Of a DNA stretch of 64,000 nt, positions 8,803-17,964 are shown one piece after another. The stretch lies in contig OZ244065.1 in assembly GCA_965215505.1 (NCBI GenBank), positions 1,760,001-1,824,000 on the forward strand, written 5' to 3'. The first letter of the stretch is position 1; each line of letters opens with the position of its first letter. Origin of the DNA: Capsulimonadaceae bacterium. GTDB taxonomy: Bacteria; Armatimonadota; Armatimonadia; Armatimonadales; Capsulimonadaceae. Both the position numbers and the translations under genes were made by a program. The notes under the pieces were generated by a model. It made no database searches. It was given only the letters and a program-made list of their open reading frames with translations, and was not told the DNA's origin.

Positions 8803-9279
8803 TCAGCAGCGTCTTTGCTCTTCGAGCGTTTTGATGTAGTTGATCTGGCCCTCATGGTAGGCCATGTTCCAGTACGAATGCAGCATGTCCTCGGCCACCG
8901 TACTCGTCTCGCCGGGCAGCATGACCTCTAGGGCAAGATCGGCGTCAGGGACAGCGCGGATGGCTTCTACAAGGGCGCGGGTATTTTCCCGGAGACTAGC
9001 GCCCGCCTTGTCCAGAGTGTCCAGGGCGGCATGGGCTAGCCGCCGCTCGTCGCGGCCTGCCTCATCCCAGACGCGCTCGTGGAGCAATCTGACGGACAAC
9101 TCGTTCACGATGGCGCACTCGGCAACCATGTCAATGACGGTGCGCCCCTGGCCCAGAGGTTTCCAGTCTCGCCTGTCCTGGGAGACGGCGCGGGCGGCGG
9201 CCAGCAGGTCATCGGCCTTCTTCTCCGTGACGCGGGCGACATACTCTTGGACCGTCATCTTCTCGCCGCCTGCGCTCAT
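8803..9279 (-). CDS. DinB/DUF664-like four-helix protein
   Basis: WKP...RT...M; C-terminal H..YHEGQINY pattern. Confidence 0.75.
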   Translation of the reverse strand: MSAGGEKMTVQEYVARVTEKKADDLLAAARAVSQDRRDWKPLGQGRTVIDMVAECAIVNELSVRLLHERVWDEAGRDERRLAHAALDTLDKAGASLRENTRALVEAIRAVPDADLALEVMLPGETSTVAEDMLHSYWNMAYHEGQINYIKTLEEQRRC

Positions 9280-10664
9280 TTGCGCGCTTCCGCCTGAAGT
9301 CTTGCTGCGGCTTCCGGGTCGCCGATATGGAGTGTGTCATAGGCCTGCTGCGAGGACTGGAACGCGCCCAGCCCGGCGTGGCCGTGCCAGTCGCCCTGGT
9401 GGTGGATGGGGTTCGGCAGCCCGGTTTCCTCTTCGCGCCGGGCGATCCACGTCTCCATACGGGCGGTCAGCAGGGCGACGACGTCCGGGTGGGCTTCGGC
9501 GACGTTCTCGTTTTCCAGGGGGTCGAGGGCGAGGTTGTACAACTCGACCGGCGGCTTGAAATGGAAGTCAGGTTCTAACGCGAGGATCAGCTTCCACTCC
9601 GGTGTGCGCCAGCCGTGCTTCCGCATCCAGGTACATTCGGTGATGTACATCTCGCTGCGGTGGGAGTGCCGCTCGCCGCGCATCATCGGCACCAGGCTGT
9701 GGCCGTCAAACAAGACGTCCGACTCGATGCCAGCCAGTTCCAGCAGGGTCGGCACCAAGTCTTGATGCTGGTTGAAGCCGCTGACGCGCTTGCCCGCCGC
9801 GACTTTGCCTGGATAGCGGATGACCAGGGGGACGTGGAGGGTCGGGTCGTACAGGCCGTGGTGGTCAAACCAGCACTCGTGATCGTACAGCGTCTCGCCG
9901 TGGTCGGAGTTGAACACTACGATGGTTTCATCCAGAATGCCGCGCGACTCCAGGGCCTGAAAGATGGCCTGGATGCACGAGTCCATGTAGGCGACCGCGC
10001 CGTCGTACTGGGCGATGATGTATTCCTTGTCGGTGACGCCGGGGGGCATCCAACTGGCGAAGAAGTCGCGGAACGGCTTGAAGTCCATGACGGGCTGCAT
10101 GGAGGTATTAGCAGGATCGCGCTCGTCGCCGTGGTAAAACATGCGCTCGAACGGTGCAGGGGGCAGGTAAGGGGCGTGCGGGTCCATGTGGCGCAGGAAC
10201 AGGAAGAAAGGCTTGTCCTGGGCGGCCAGCCGGTCCAGTTCGGGCAGGGCGACCTCGTTCAAGTTCTGCGCCTTGGGGCTGCGGCCCTCGTTCCAGCTCC
10301 CCCAGCCGGGGAAGTCCAGATAGGTGTCGAAGCCGCGCGAGGCCGCATTGCCGGTGAAGCCGACGCAGGAGGTGTCGTAGCCCGCCGCGCGCAGCATCTC
10401 GGGGAGGGTGGTGACTTCCGGGCGCAGCGCCCCCTGGTGACGCAAGGCGACCACCTGTGTGGAGAAGACGTCCATGCCGGTCAGCATCGAGCTATAGGCG
10501 CTTGTCGTCGGGATGTGCGCGCTGTAGGTGTGTTCGAACAGCGTCCCCGACTGCGCGAAGCGGTCAATGTGGGGCGTCGTCAGGCGCGGGTAGCCGTAGC
10601 CGCTCAGGTGGTCGGCACGCAACGAATCTACAGCGATCAGCAGGATGTTAGGGTTTTTGGGCAT
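9276..10664 (-). CDS. Sulfatase-like hydrolase (alkaline phosphatase superfamily), non-canonical active-site motif
   Basis: PNILLIAVDSLRADHL, TPHID, DPHAPY, SDHGE, HVPL, ELYNL..DP.E; TTSAYSSMLTG in place of CxPxR. Confidence 0.85.
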   Translation of the reverse strand: MPKNPNILLIAVDSLRADHLSGYGYPRLTTPHIDRFAQSGTLFEHTYSAHIPTTSAYSSMLTGMDVFSTQVVALRHQGALRPEVTTLPEMLRAAGYDTSCVGFTGNAASRGFDTYLDFPGWGSWNEGRSPKAQNLNEVALPELDRLAAQDKPFFLFLRHMDPHAPYLPPAPFERMFYHGDERDPANTSMQPVMDFKPFRDFFASWMPPGVTDKEYIIAQYDGAVAYMDSCIQAIFQALESRGILDETIVVFNSDHGETLYDHECWFDHHGLYDPTLHVPLVIRYPGKVAAGKRVSGFNQHQDLVPTLLELAGIESDVLFDGHSLVPMMRGERHSHRSEMYITECTWMRKHGWRTPEWKLILALEPDFHFKPPVELYNLALDPLENENVAEAHPDVVALLTARMETWIARREEETGLPNPIHHQGDWHGHAGLGAFQSSQQAYDTLHIGDPEAAARLQAEARK

Positions 10665-10740
10665 GTGGCCCTCCTCAAGAAATCAGACATGTGGCTGGTC
10701 TTCGTCGGGCCAGGGGCGTCGGGCCAGGGCGTCGGGCAGG

Positions 10741-10811
10741 AGGGTAAGGACAAGCCCTACCCCTACGGTGCATCGGAGCATCGGTGTAGGGGCGGGGCTT
10801 GTCCCCGCCCT
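10741..10811. repeat. Pair of GTAG-type REP-like palindromes
   Basis: AGGGTAAGGACAAGCCCTACCCCTAC (10741-10766) and GTAGGGGCGGGGCTTGTCCCCGCCCT (10786-10811) in inverted orientation. Confidence 0.75.
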
Positions 10812-10853
10812 TCTGCTCGTCCCCGCCCTCTTGCCTTGTTCTTATCCCTTTGC

Positions 10854-11978
10854 CTACCCCTCGATGATCTCTACATTCGCGCGCGGCACCGTGACGACGG
10901 ACCCATCGGCCAGGGTCGCTTCCAGGACGCGCACCGAAGCGCCCGACCCGATGACGGTGAGCTGCGGGGGCAGGCCGGCGACGGTCGCAAGCTTGCCGAA
11001 GTAGGGTTCACGGATGATGCGGATGGGCGTGCCGATGGACAGGTTGCCCTCGTCCTCATTTCGGGCCGCCATGCCGCCGGCGAGTGCGCCGAGGGGGACG
11101 ATGACCTCGGGGCGGATGACGCCCGCCCGGATCTGGGTCGCGCCGTTGATCGAGGCGGACTTGCCTTCCAGGGAGCGCAGCAGCTCGAAGGTGCGCCGGG
11201 CCATGGCGATGGTGCCGAAGCCCTCGGTGATGACCAGGGTGAGCGTGATGTTCTCGTGGCCGGTGATGGCGACGCCGATGTCGTAGCCGAGGAAGGCGAT
11301 GAGGTCTTTGTCAATGATGCCGCCGACGACGATGCCCTTGACGCCGACTTCGGCGGCTTTCCGCAGGGCCGCGCCCGAGATGTTCGCGCCGCCGACGATG
11401 ATCTTGCCAGCTAAAGCAGGCGTGATCTCGGCTTCGGTCAGGTCGCCCTCGGGCGCGGTGGAGACCATCAGGATCTCCCCCACCCGCTCGCCGCCGATGC
11501 CGAAGATGCCCTGGATGAGAGCGCCCTCGGTCTGCACGATGACTCCCTCGCCGGGCATGGTCTCGGCGATGTTCCCGGACAGGTACGCGGTCAGGTTGAT
11601 GGGCAGGGGCGGCTGGCGGACGCCGACGTTGCCGGACACGGCGCTGATGGTTTCGACGCGGCCCGTGACGGGCGACTTGGCCTCGGACTTGAACATGCCG
11701 AAGAAGGCCTTGGTGGCGGCGATCACCTGGCCCTTTTCCACCTCATCGCCTTCCTTGACCAGGAGTGCGCCGGGCAATTCGTCGGCGTCTATCCCGAGCT
11801 GGGCGGCGACCTTGACCGACTGCATCAGGCCCGGCAGGGAGGCGCGGGCCACGACCGTGTCGGGCGTGACGACCTGGCCGGTCTGGACCAGCACGTCGCC
11901 CTTGAGCGGCAGGCGGCGCGTGCGCTGTATGAGTGTGTGGGGGCTGACCTTCAGCCCCGGCGTGTAAGCGGTTCCCAA
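10854..11978 (-). CDS. Conserved hypothetical protein with barrel-sandwich-hybrid-like segments and a C-terminal KOW-like motif
   Basis: TTG start with AGGAG SD; VLVQTGQVV and LLVKEGDEVEKGQVIA; IGTPIRIIREPYFGKLATV. Confidence 0.75.
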   Translation of the reverse strand: MGTAYTPGLKVSPHTLIQRTRRLPLKGDVLVQTGQVVTPDTVVARASLPGLMQSVKVAAQLGIDADELPGALLVKEGDEVEKGQVIAATKAFFGMFKSEAKSPVTGRVETISAVSGNVGVRQPPLPINLTAYLSGNIAETMPGEGVIVQTEGALIQGIFGIGGERVGEILMVSTAPEGDLTEAEITPALAGKIIVGGANISGAALRKAAEVGVKGIVVGGIIDKDLIAFLGYDIGVAITGHENITLTLVITEGFGTIAMARRTFELLRSLEGKSASINGATQIRAGVIRPEVIVPLGALAGGMAARNEDEGNLSIGTPIRIIREPYFGKLATVAGLPPQLTVIGSGASVRVLEATLADGSVVTVPRANVEIIEG

Positions 11979-12072
11979 TCTTGCTCCTAAAGCCGTGTCT
12001 TTGAATGATGCCGTCTGGCGAGTCCGACGAGTGGTTGAAAACCACTTGCCAGAGGCCGTGCGACGCCAGTGC

Positions 12073-12594
12073 TTAATGTCCTTGTCCGTTCTGAATACGG
12101 AATTTCTCGATCACCTGATGGGCGGTGGCGACATCCTGCCAGCCCAGCACGGTGGTTTCCTTGTCTTCCAGGTCTTTGTAGATGTCGAAGAAGTGGACGA
12201 TCTCTTTGAGGATGTGGGCGGGCAGGTCCGACAGGTGTTCGATTCCCTCGAAGCGCGGGTCGGCGGCGGCGACCGACAGGATCTTCTCGTCCGGCCCCTT
12301 CTCGTCGCGCATCATCAGGACGCCGAGGGGGCGGGCGGCGATCAGGCAACCGGGGAAAGTCGGCTGGGTCGTGATGACGAGGATGTCCAGCGGGTCGCCG
12401 TCTTCAGCCAGGGTGTCGCAGATCCAGCCGTAGTCGAACGGGTAGAACAGCGGCGAATACAGAGTCCGGTCCAGCTTGAAGACGCCGAGTTCGTGGTCGA
12501 ATTCATATTTGTTGGAAGACCCCTGCGGGATCTCGACGATCATGTTGACGATGACCGGTGCCTGGTCGCCCAGCGGCAAGTCTAGATAGGACAT
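12073..12594 (-). CDS. ppa: Inorganic pyrophosphatase (family I)
   Basis: EIPQGSSNKYE, LDR, YPFDYG, EDGDPLD, DEK, HFFDIYKDLE. Confidence 0.95.
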   Translation of the reverse strand: MSYLDLPLGDQAPVIVNMIVEIPQGSSNKYEFDHELGVFKLDRTLYSPLFYPFDYGWICDTLAEDGDPLDILVITTQPTFPGCLIAARPLGVLMMRDEKGPDEKILSVAAADPRFEGIEHLSDLPAHILKEIVHFFDIYKDLEDKETTVLGWQDVATAHQVIEKFRIQNGQGH

Positions 12595-12916
12595 GGGCGC
12601 TCGTTTGACACGGCAGGCGGGAATTCCTTCTTGTGGACGAAGTGCACAGGGGTGGGCCGTTTTCGGCAGGAAATCTTATCCTACATTTTAAGGAGGCGAG
12701 TGGCTTTGCTGAGAGATAAACGATATTGTTAGCAGTTGAAGTGGTTTTGTTTGGGGAAGGACAGGGTAAATTGCCTGCGCGCGTGGGTGTATCCCTGTGG
12801 GCGCGGGAAGGACACGGATAATGGCTGGGGGTTTACGGCAGTGCCCGAGACGCTTCTAAAATTCGCGCGAGCGTGCCGGAACCCCACGACGGCAACGTGA
12901 GGCTTATAGGAAAATC

Positions 12917-14164
12917 ATGCTACACATGCACTTTGGGACTGGAAGGCTCGGCCTTGGACTCGTGGTTCCGTTTTTCCAGAAGCCGGGGTCGGAGGTCCAT
13001 CTTCTGAATCGCGCACAATCGAAGAGCAAGGACACGGGGAGTACGGCGCTGGACCCGCAGCGCAGGAACGAACTCCTTTCAAACAATCCCGAAAAACTGT
13101 ACGCCGTTTTGCCGGCGGGGGCCGGCGGCGAGGTGCGGGAAACCGTCCACTATGATGGGTTCCACACCTACGAGGCCCACACGGTCGGGGAGATCACCCG
13201 AGAGATCCTTGCGGCCTCGGCGGGCAAAGCCGAGGGGGTCGTGGTGACGGCCTCCGTCCTGGCGTTGGAGAACTATGCGCCGGTCGTGGAGGCGCTGAAC
13301 GTGCTGTCCACAGTGAAGGACGAGGGCGGGCCTCTGGGCGACATCTATCTGATCGCCTGCGAGAACACGGTGGACGCGCGTGAAGTCTTTGGCGACGCTT
13401 CCCTCTGCGGGCAGGTGTCGCCGTCCACGCACCGACACGTCAAGTGCGTCCACGCGCTCGTGGACAGGATGTGCGTGGAGGTGGCGGAGTATCCGGGAGG
13501 GACGCCCCCGGTGAACGAGCCGACCGTGGCGGTGCAGGCGGAGGAGTACGGGCTGCTGAAGCTGGCGCTGGAGCCGGAAACCGAAGGCCTGGCGGAACTG
13601 CTCCGGGGCAGCCGGGTGGAATTCAGCAGGCACCTGGATGTCGAGAAAGAGATCAAGGGCTGGCTGCTGAACGGGTCGCACTGGCTGATCGCCCTGAGCG
13701 CGTTCCATGAGACGGGCGGCAAAACCGATTTGAAGCTGAACGAGTGGATCAACGAGAACGAGGACCACCACGTCCTGGCCGCCGAGATCCTGATCGAGAT
13801 GCGCGACGGCGTCGAGATACTTCTGCGATCGGAGCCAAAGTATCGCGGCTTCGTGGAGGACGTGAACGTCACTGAGTACCTGGACAACGCTACGGGTGCC
13901 ATCTTGGAACGGTTCCGGTCCAACGAGGATACGATGACACGCATCCTGGCCCGGTTCCGGACGCCCACGCCGGAAGAGGTCAGCACGGTCCAGAATTTCA
14001 CCAGCCGTCTCCTGGGCCGGGTGGACCCGCCGATGGAGGCGTACCAGCGCGAGCGGGGGATACCGCCGATGGCGGCCACGAGGAGCCTTTTCAACTTGTT
14101 CCGGCTTCAGGCTGCGGGGACTTATGTGGATACGGAACAGTCCCAGGAAGAGGGACCCGCATGA
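12917..14164 (+). CDS. Long-chain polyol dehydrogenase, mannitol-1-phosphate dehydrogenase-like
   Basis: HFGTGRLGLG, IACEN, VDRM, K.WLLNGSH catalytic segment. Confidence 0.7.
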   Translation: MLHMHFGTGRLGLGLVVPFFQKPGSEVHLLNRAQSKSKDTGSTALDPQRRNELLSNNPEKLYAVLPAGAGGEVRETVHYDGFHTYEAHTVGEITREILAASAGKAEGVVVTASVLALENYAPVVEALNVLSTVKDEGGPLGDIYLIACENTVDAREVFGDASLCGQVSPSTHRHVKCVHALVDRMCVEVAEYPGGTPPVNEPTVAVQAEEYGLLKLALEPETEGLAELLRGSRVEFSRHLDVEKEIKGWLLNGSHWLIALSAFHETGGKTDLKLNEWINENEDHHVLAAEILIEMRDGVEILLRSEPKYRGFVEDVNVTEYLDNATGAILERFRSNEDTMTRILARFRTPTPEEVSTVQNFTSRLLGRVDPPMEAYQRERGIPPMAATRSLFNLFRLQAAGTYVDTEQSQEEGPA

Positions 14165-15648
14165 GCAGCGCCCAGGAGACGAGTCGCCGCACGACGCCAC
14201 GGGATGAGGGAAGCGGCAAGCAGAACGGAGACAGCAAGCAGAACGGGGACGGCGGCAAAGAGCAAAAAGACGGCGGGAAGAAAGTCCCAGGCTTCCTAAT
14301 CTTCGTCACCGCGACCACGGCGATCGCCGGCTTCCTTTACGGGTACGACACCGGCATCATCTCCGGGGCGCTGCTCCAGATCGGCAGCCAGTTCCACCTC
14401 CAGCACACGATGCAGGAGATCGTCGCCTCGTCGATCCTGGTGGGCGCGATCATCGGCGCGCTGACCTGCGGCTGGGCGTTCGAGCGGTTCGGGCGCAAGC
14501 GGATGATCCTGATCCTGGCGGGCGTCTACATCACCGGGGCGCTCCTTTCCAGCATCGCGCCGAACCCCGCCCTGCTGATTCTGGCGCGGATCATCCTCGG
14601 GTTCGCCGTGGGCGGCTCGTCCCAGACCATTCCCGTATATGTGGCCGAGGTCGCGCCTGCGGCGGGTCGCGGGCATTTCGTGACGTCGTTCAATGTCGCG
14701 ATCGGCCTGGGCATCGTCACGGCGAACCTCGTGAACTCGACTCTGCATCAGGTGTCGTGGCGCTGGACCATTGCCGCAGCATCCGTGCCGGCCGCCATTT
14801 TCCTCGCCTGCGCGCTGCGGCTGCCGGAAAGCCCGCGCTGGCTGGTGCATCAGGACAAGACGGAGGAAGCGCGGGACGTTCTCGCCAGGGTCCGCCCCGA
14901 AGGCACGGACCTGGACGGCGAGATCGGCGAGATCGAGGACATCAGCAAAAAAGAAGACGAAGCGCCGGTGAAGGGCTGGAAGGGTCTGGCGCAGCCCTGG
15001 GTCCGGCCGGCGACCGTGGCGGCACTGGGCATCGCCGCGTTCACGCAGCTTACGGGCATCGAGATGATGGTCTACTACACGCCCACCCTCCTGACGGGCA
15101 TCGGGTACACGCACCAGCAGGCACTGGAGTCCAGCCTCGGGCTGGCGGTCGTGTACGCCGTCATGACGGCGACGGGCCTGCTCATCGTGGACCGCGTCGG
15201 CCGCCGCCGCCTGACTCTGACCATGCTGCCGGGGGCGGCCCTGGCCCTGCTCCTGCTGGGGGCGGCGCTCTTCTTCAAGGTCGCCGACAAGAGACACGCG
15301 TGGATCGTCGTGGCGCTCCTGCTGACCTACATGCTGTTCAACGCCGGGGGCATTCAGGTGGTGGGCTGGCTGTCGGGTTCCGAGATGTACCCCTTCGCCG
15401 TCCGGGGGGCGGGCACGAGCGCGCAGGCCGCCATGGTCTGGGGGGCGGACCTGCTGGTCACGGCCACCGCGCTGACGCTGATCAGTCTTCTCACGACCGG
15501 CGGCACCCTGTGGGTCTATGCGGGGATGAATGTCCTCGCGTTCTTTTTCGCCAAGCGCTTCTTCCCGGAGGTCGGGGGCAAGAGCCTGGAAGAAGTCGAG
15601 ACCATGCTCCATGAGGAGCGCTTCGCACCGTCCCAACAGAAAGCTTGA
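14161..15648 (+). CDS. Sugar porter family MFS transporter
   Basis: GFLYGYDTG, RFGRK, PESPRWL, DRVGRR, PEV.GKSLEE. Confidence 0.93.
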   Translation: MSSAQETSRRTTPRDEGSGKQNGDSKQNGDGGKEQKDGGKKVPGFLIFVTATTAIAGFLYGYDTGIISGALLQIGSQFHLQHTMQEIVASSILVGAIIGALTCGWAFERFGRKRMILILAGVYITGALLSSIAPNPALLILARIILGFAVGGSSQTIPVYVAEVAPAAGRGHFVTSFNVAIGLGIVTANLVNSTLHQVSWRWTIAAASVPAAIFLACALRLPESPRWLVHQDKTEEARDVLARVRPEGTDLDGEIGEIEDISKKEDEAPVKGWKGLAQPWVRPATVAALGIAAFTQLTGIEMMVYYTPTLLTGIGYTHQQALESSLGLAVVYAVMTATGLLIVDRVGRRRLTLTMLPGAALALLLLGAALFFKVADKRHAWIVVALLLTYMLFNAGGIQVVGWLSGSEMYPFAVRGAGTSAQAAMVWGADLLVTATALTLISLLTTGGTLWVYAGMNVLAFFFAKRFFPEVGGKSLEEVETMLHEERFAPSQQKA

Positions 15649-15664
15649 AGAGGAGTCCGCGCGC

Positions 15665-16327
15665 ATGGCGAGTGATGTACTGATTTTCGACTGCGACGGG
15701 GTGCTGATCGACAGCGAGATTCTGATCTGCCGACTGGCCGCCGAGGAGATGACGAAGCTCGGGTTCGCGTACTCGACCGAGGACATGATCCGCCGGTTCG
15801 CCGGGCGGCCGGAGGCGGACATGCGGGCTGAAATTCACCGCGATTGGGGGCGGCCCGTCCCGGCGGAGTACAGCGAGATCATCAACGCGCGGACCGTGGA
15901 GTCCTACGCGACGGAACTGAAAATCATGCCGGGAACTAAGGAGGCGCTGGAAGAGATCAGGATGCCGGTCTGCGTCGCTTCGAGCAGCTACCCCTCCAAG
16001 CTGCGCCTGGGGCTGGAGACGGTGGGGCTGTATGACCGGTTCGCCCCGAACATCATCAGCGGAACCCTGGTGGCGCACGGCAAGCCGGCACCGGACGTGT
16101 TCCTCTTCACCGCCGGATGGATGAAGGTGAGTCCCATGAAATGCGTCGTGGTGGAGGACAGCGTGGCCGGGGTCGGCGCGGCGGTGAGCGCGGGGATGCG
16201 CGTGTTCGGGTTCACCGGCGGTACGCACTGCGGGCCGGGGCACGGCGAGCGGCTGCGCGAGGCGGGGGCGGAGGTGGTGTTCGGCGACATGCGGGAACTG
16301 CCGGGACTCATCCAGGGTCCCGCCTGA
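15665..16327 (+). CDS. HAD-superfamily (IA) sugar/polyol phosphatase
   Basis: IFDCDGVLIDSE, VASSS, GKPAPDVF, VVEDS. Confidence 0.9.
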   Translation: MASDVLIFDCDGVLIDSEILICRLAAEEMTKLGFAYSTEDMIRRFAGRPEADMRAEIHRDWGRPVPAEYSEIINARTVESYATELKIMPGTKEALEEIRMPVCVASSSYPSKLRLGLETVGLYDRFAPNIISGTLVAHGKPAPDVFLFTAGWMKVSPMKCVVVEDSVAGVGAAVSAGMRVFGFTGGTHCGPGHGERLREAGAEVVFGDMRELPGLIQGPA

Positions 16328-16420
16328 CCGGCACGGGTTGCTATCGGCCGCCCCTTTGCGTCACAATGGGGACAGGAAGGGGCGGCCTTTCGCCGCGACC
16401 GGCGCCGCCGCATACATCTC

Positions 16421-17893
16421 ATGGCAAAACTGACGGAGACGACACTCGGCGGGCTGGATCAGCGGGTCGCCGTGCCGACTTACGCGCGCGGGGGCCTGTC
16501 CCCCGGCATCGTCCACATCGGCGTGGGGGGCTTCCACCGCGCCCACCAGGCCGTGTACCTCGACGACCTTTTGCAGCGCGGGGCGCGCGAGTGGAGCATC
16601 TGCGGCGTCGGCCTGCTGCCGCACGACCACCTCATGCGCGACGCCCTAGTCCCCCAGGACTGCCTTTACACGGTGGTCGAGCGCAGCGCGGCGGGCAACC
16701 AGGCCCGCGTGGTCGGCTCGATGGCGCGGTTCCTGCTGGCCCCGGACGACCCGCAGGCGGTGCTGAACGCCCTGGCCGCGCCCGAAACGCGCGTCGTCAC
16801 GCTGACGATCACCGAGGGCGGCTACAACTACAACCAGGCCACCGGCGAGTTCAACGCCCACCATGCCGACATCCTCCGCGACCTGGCCCACCAGCACGAG
16901 CCGGTGACGGTGTTCGGCTACCTGGCGGAAGCGATGGACCGGCGGCGGCGTTCCGGCGGGGCACCTTTCACGGTACTCTCGTGCGACAACCTCACCCACA
17001 ACGGGGATACGGCCCGCCTGGCCGTGCTGTCCTTCGCGGCCCTGCGGGACTCCGCTCTGGTCCCCTGGATCGAGCGCAACGTCTCCTTCCCGAACAGCAT
17101 GGTGGACCGGATCACGCCGCAGACGACGGACGCGGACCGGGCATTGGTGCGGGACGAGTTCGGCATCGCGGACGCCTGGCCGGTCGTCTGCGAGCCGTTC
17201 CGCCAGTGGATCATCGAGGACGTTTTCTGTAACGGGCGTCCCCCCCTGGAAGACGTCGGGGCGCAGTTCACGTCGGACGTCCACCCGTATGAGATGATGA
17301 AGATCTTCCTGCTGAACGCCAGCCACTCGGCCATGGGCTACCTGGGGGCCTTGGCGGGCTACCCTTACATCGCCGACGTCATGGCCGACCCGCTCTTCCG
17401 GACGTACATCGCGGCCCTGATGGACACGGAAGTCACCCCCCTCCTCGCGCCCGTCCCTGGGATTGACCTGACGGCCTACAAGCGAACGCTGATCGAGAGG
17501 TTCGCCAACCCCACGATCCGGGACCAGGTCTCGCGCATCTGCCTGGACGGGTCGGCGAAAGTGCCCCGGTTCGTTCTGCCCTCGCTTCGGGAGCAGCTCG
17601 CGCGCGGCGGCCCGACCCGCCTCCTGACGCTGGCCGTGGCCGGGTGGTTCCGCTACCTGCGCGGGGCCGACGACGAGGGCCGGGCGATCACCATCGCTGA
17701 CCCCCTCGCGGCCACGCTCCAGGAGCGGGCGGTGCGCGGCGGCAGCGACCCCCGCCCCTTGCTGGGCCTGCACGACCTGTTCGGCGACCTCGGCCAGTCG
17801 GAAAGGTTCGTGGCGGACCTGACTGCGGCCCTGGCCCGTCTGGAGCGGGACGGCGCGTGCCGGGCGCTGTCGGACGCCCTCAACCCGGCCTGA
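16421..17893 (+). CDS. Mannitol 2-dehydrogenase family protein
   Basis: [51 protein letters not shown]. Confidence 0.9.
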   Translation: MAKLTETTLGGLDQRVAVPTYARGGLSPGIVHIGVGGFHRAHQAVYLDDLLQRGAREWSICGVGLLPHDHLMRDALVPQDCLYTVVERSAAGNQARVVGSMARFLLAPDDPQAVLNALAAPETRVVTLTITEGGYNYNQATGEFNAHHADILRDLAHQHEPVTVFGYLAEAMDRRRRSGGAPFTVLSCDNLTHNGDTARLAVLSFAALRDSALVPWIERNVSFPNSMVDRITPQTTDADRALVRDEFGIADAWPVVCEPFRQWIIEDVFCNGRPPLEDVGAQFTSDVHPYEMMKIFLLNASHSAMGYLGALAGYPYIADVMADPLFRTYIAALMDTEVTPLLAPVPGIDLTAYKRTLIERFANPTIRDQVSRICLDGSAKVPRFVLPSLREQLARGGPTRLLTLAVAGWFRYLRGADDEGRAITIADPLAATLQERAVRGGSDPRPLLGLHDLFGDLGQSERFVADLTAALARLERDGACRALSDALNPA

Positions 17894-17964
17894 CGCGGCG
17901 CGCGTTGCCGGCGGGAACGGCGGGCGCGGGTGTGATGGCCGCCGAGTGGGTACAATCCCGAACA

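Noticed and set aside
9615-11414. 599-aa plus-strand ORF and similar long ORFs (e.g. 14296-15822, 20918-22672, 53707-55341, 58206-59912)
   Set aside because: Antisense or off-frame shadows of well-supported genes, as expected in high-GC DNA; no motifs.
12595-12916. Riboswitch or sRNA in the AT-rich divergent intergenic region (also 55351-55654)
   Set aside because: No recognisable conserved RNA motif; consistent with ordinary divergent promoter regions.
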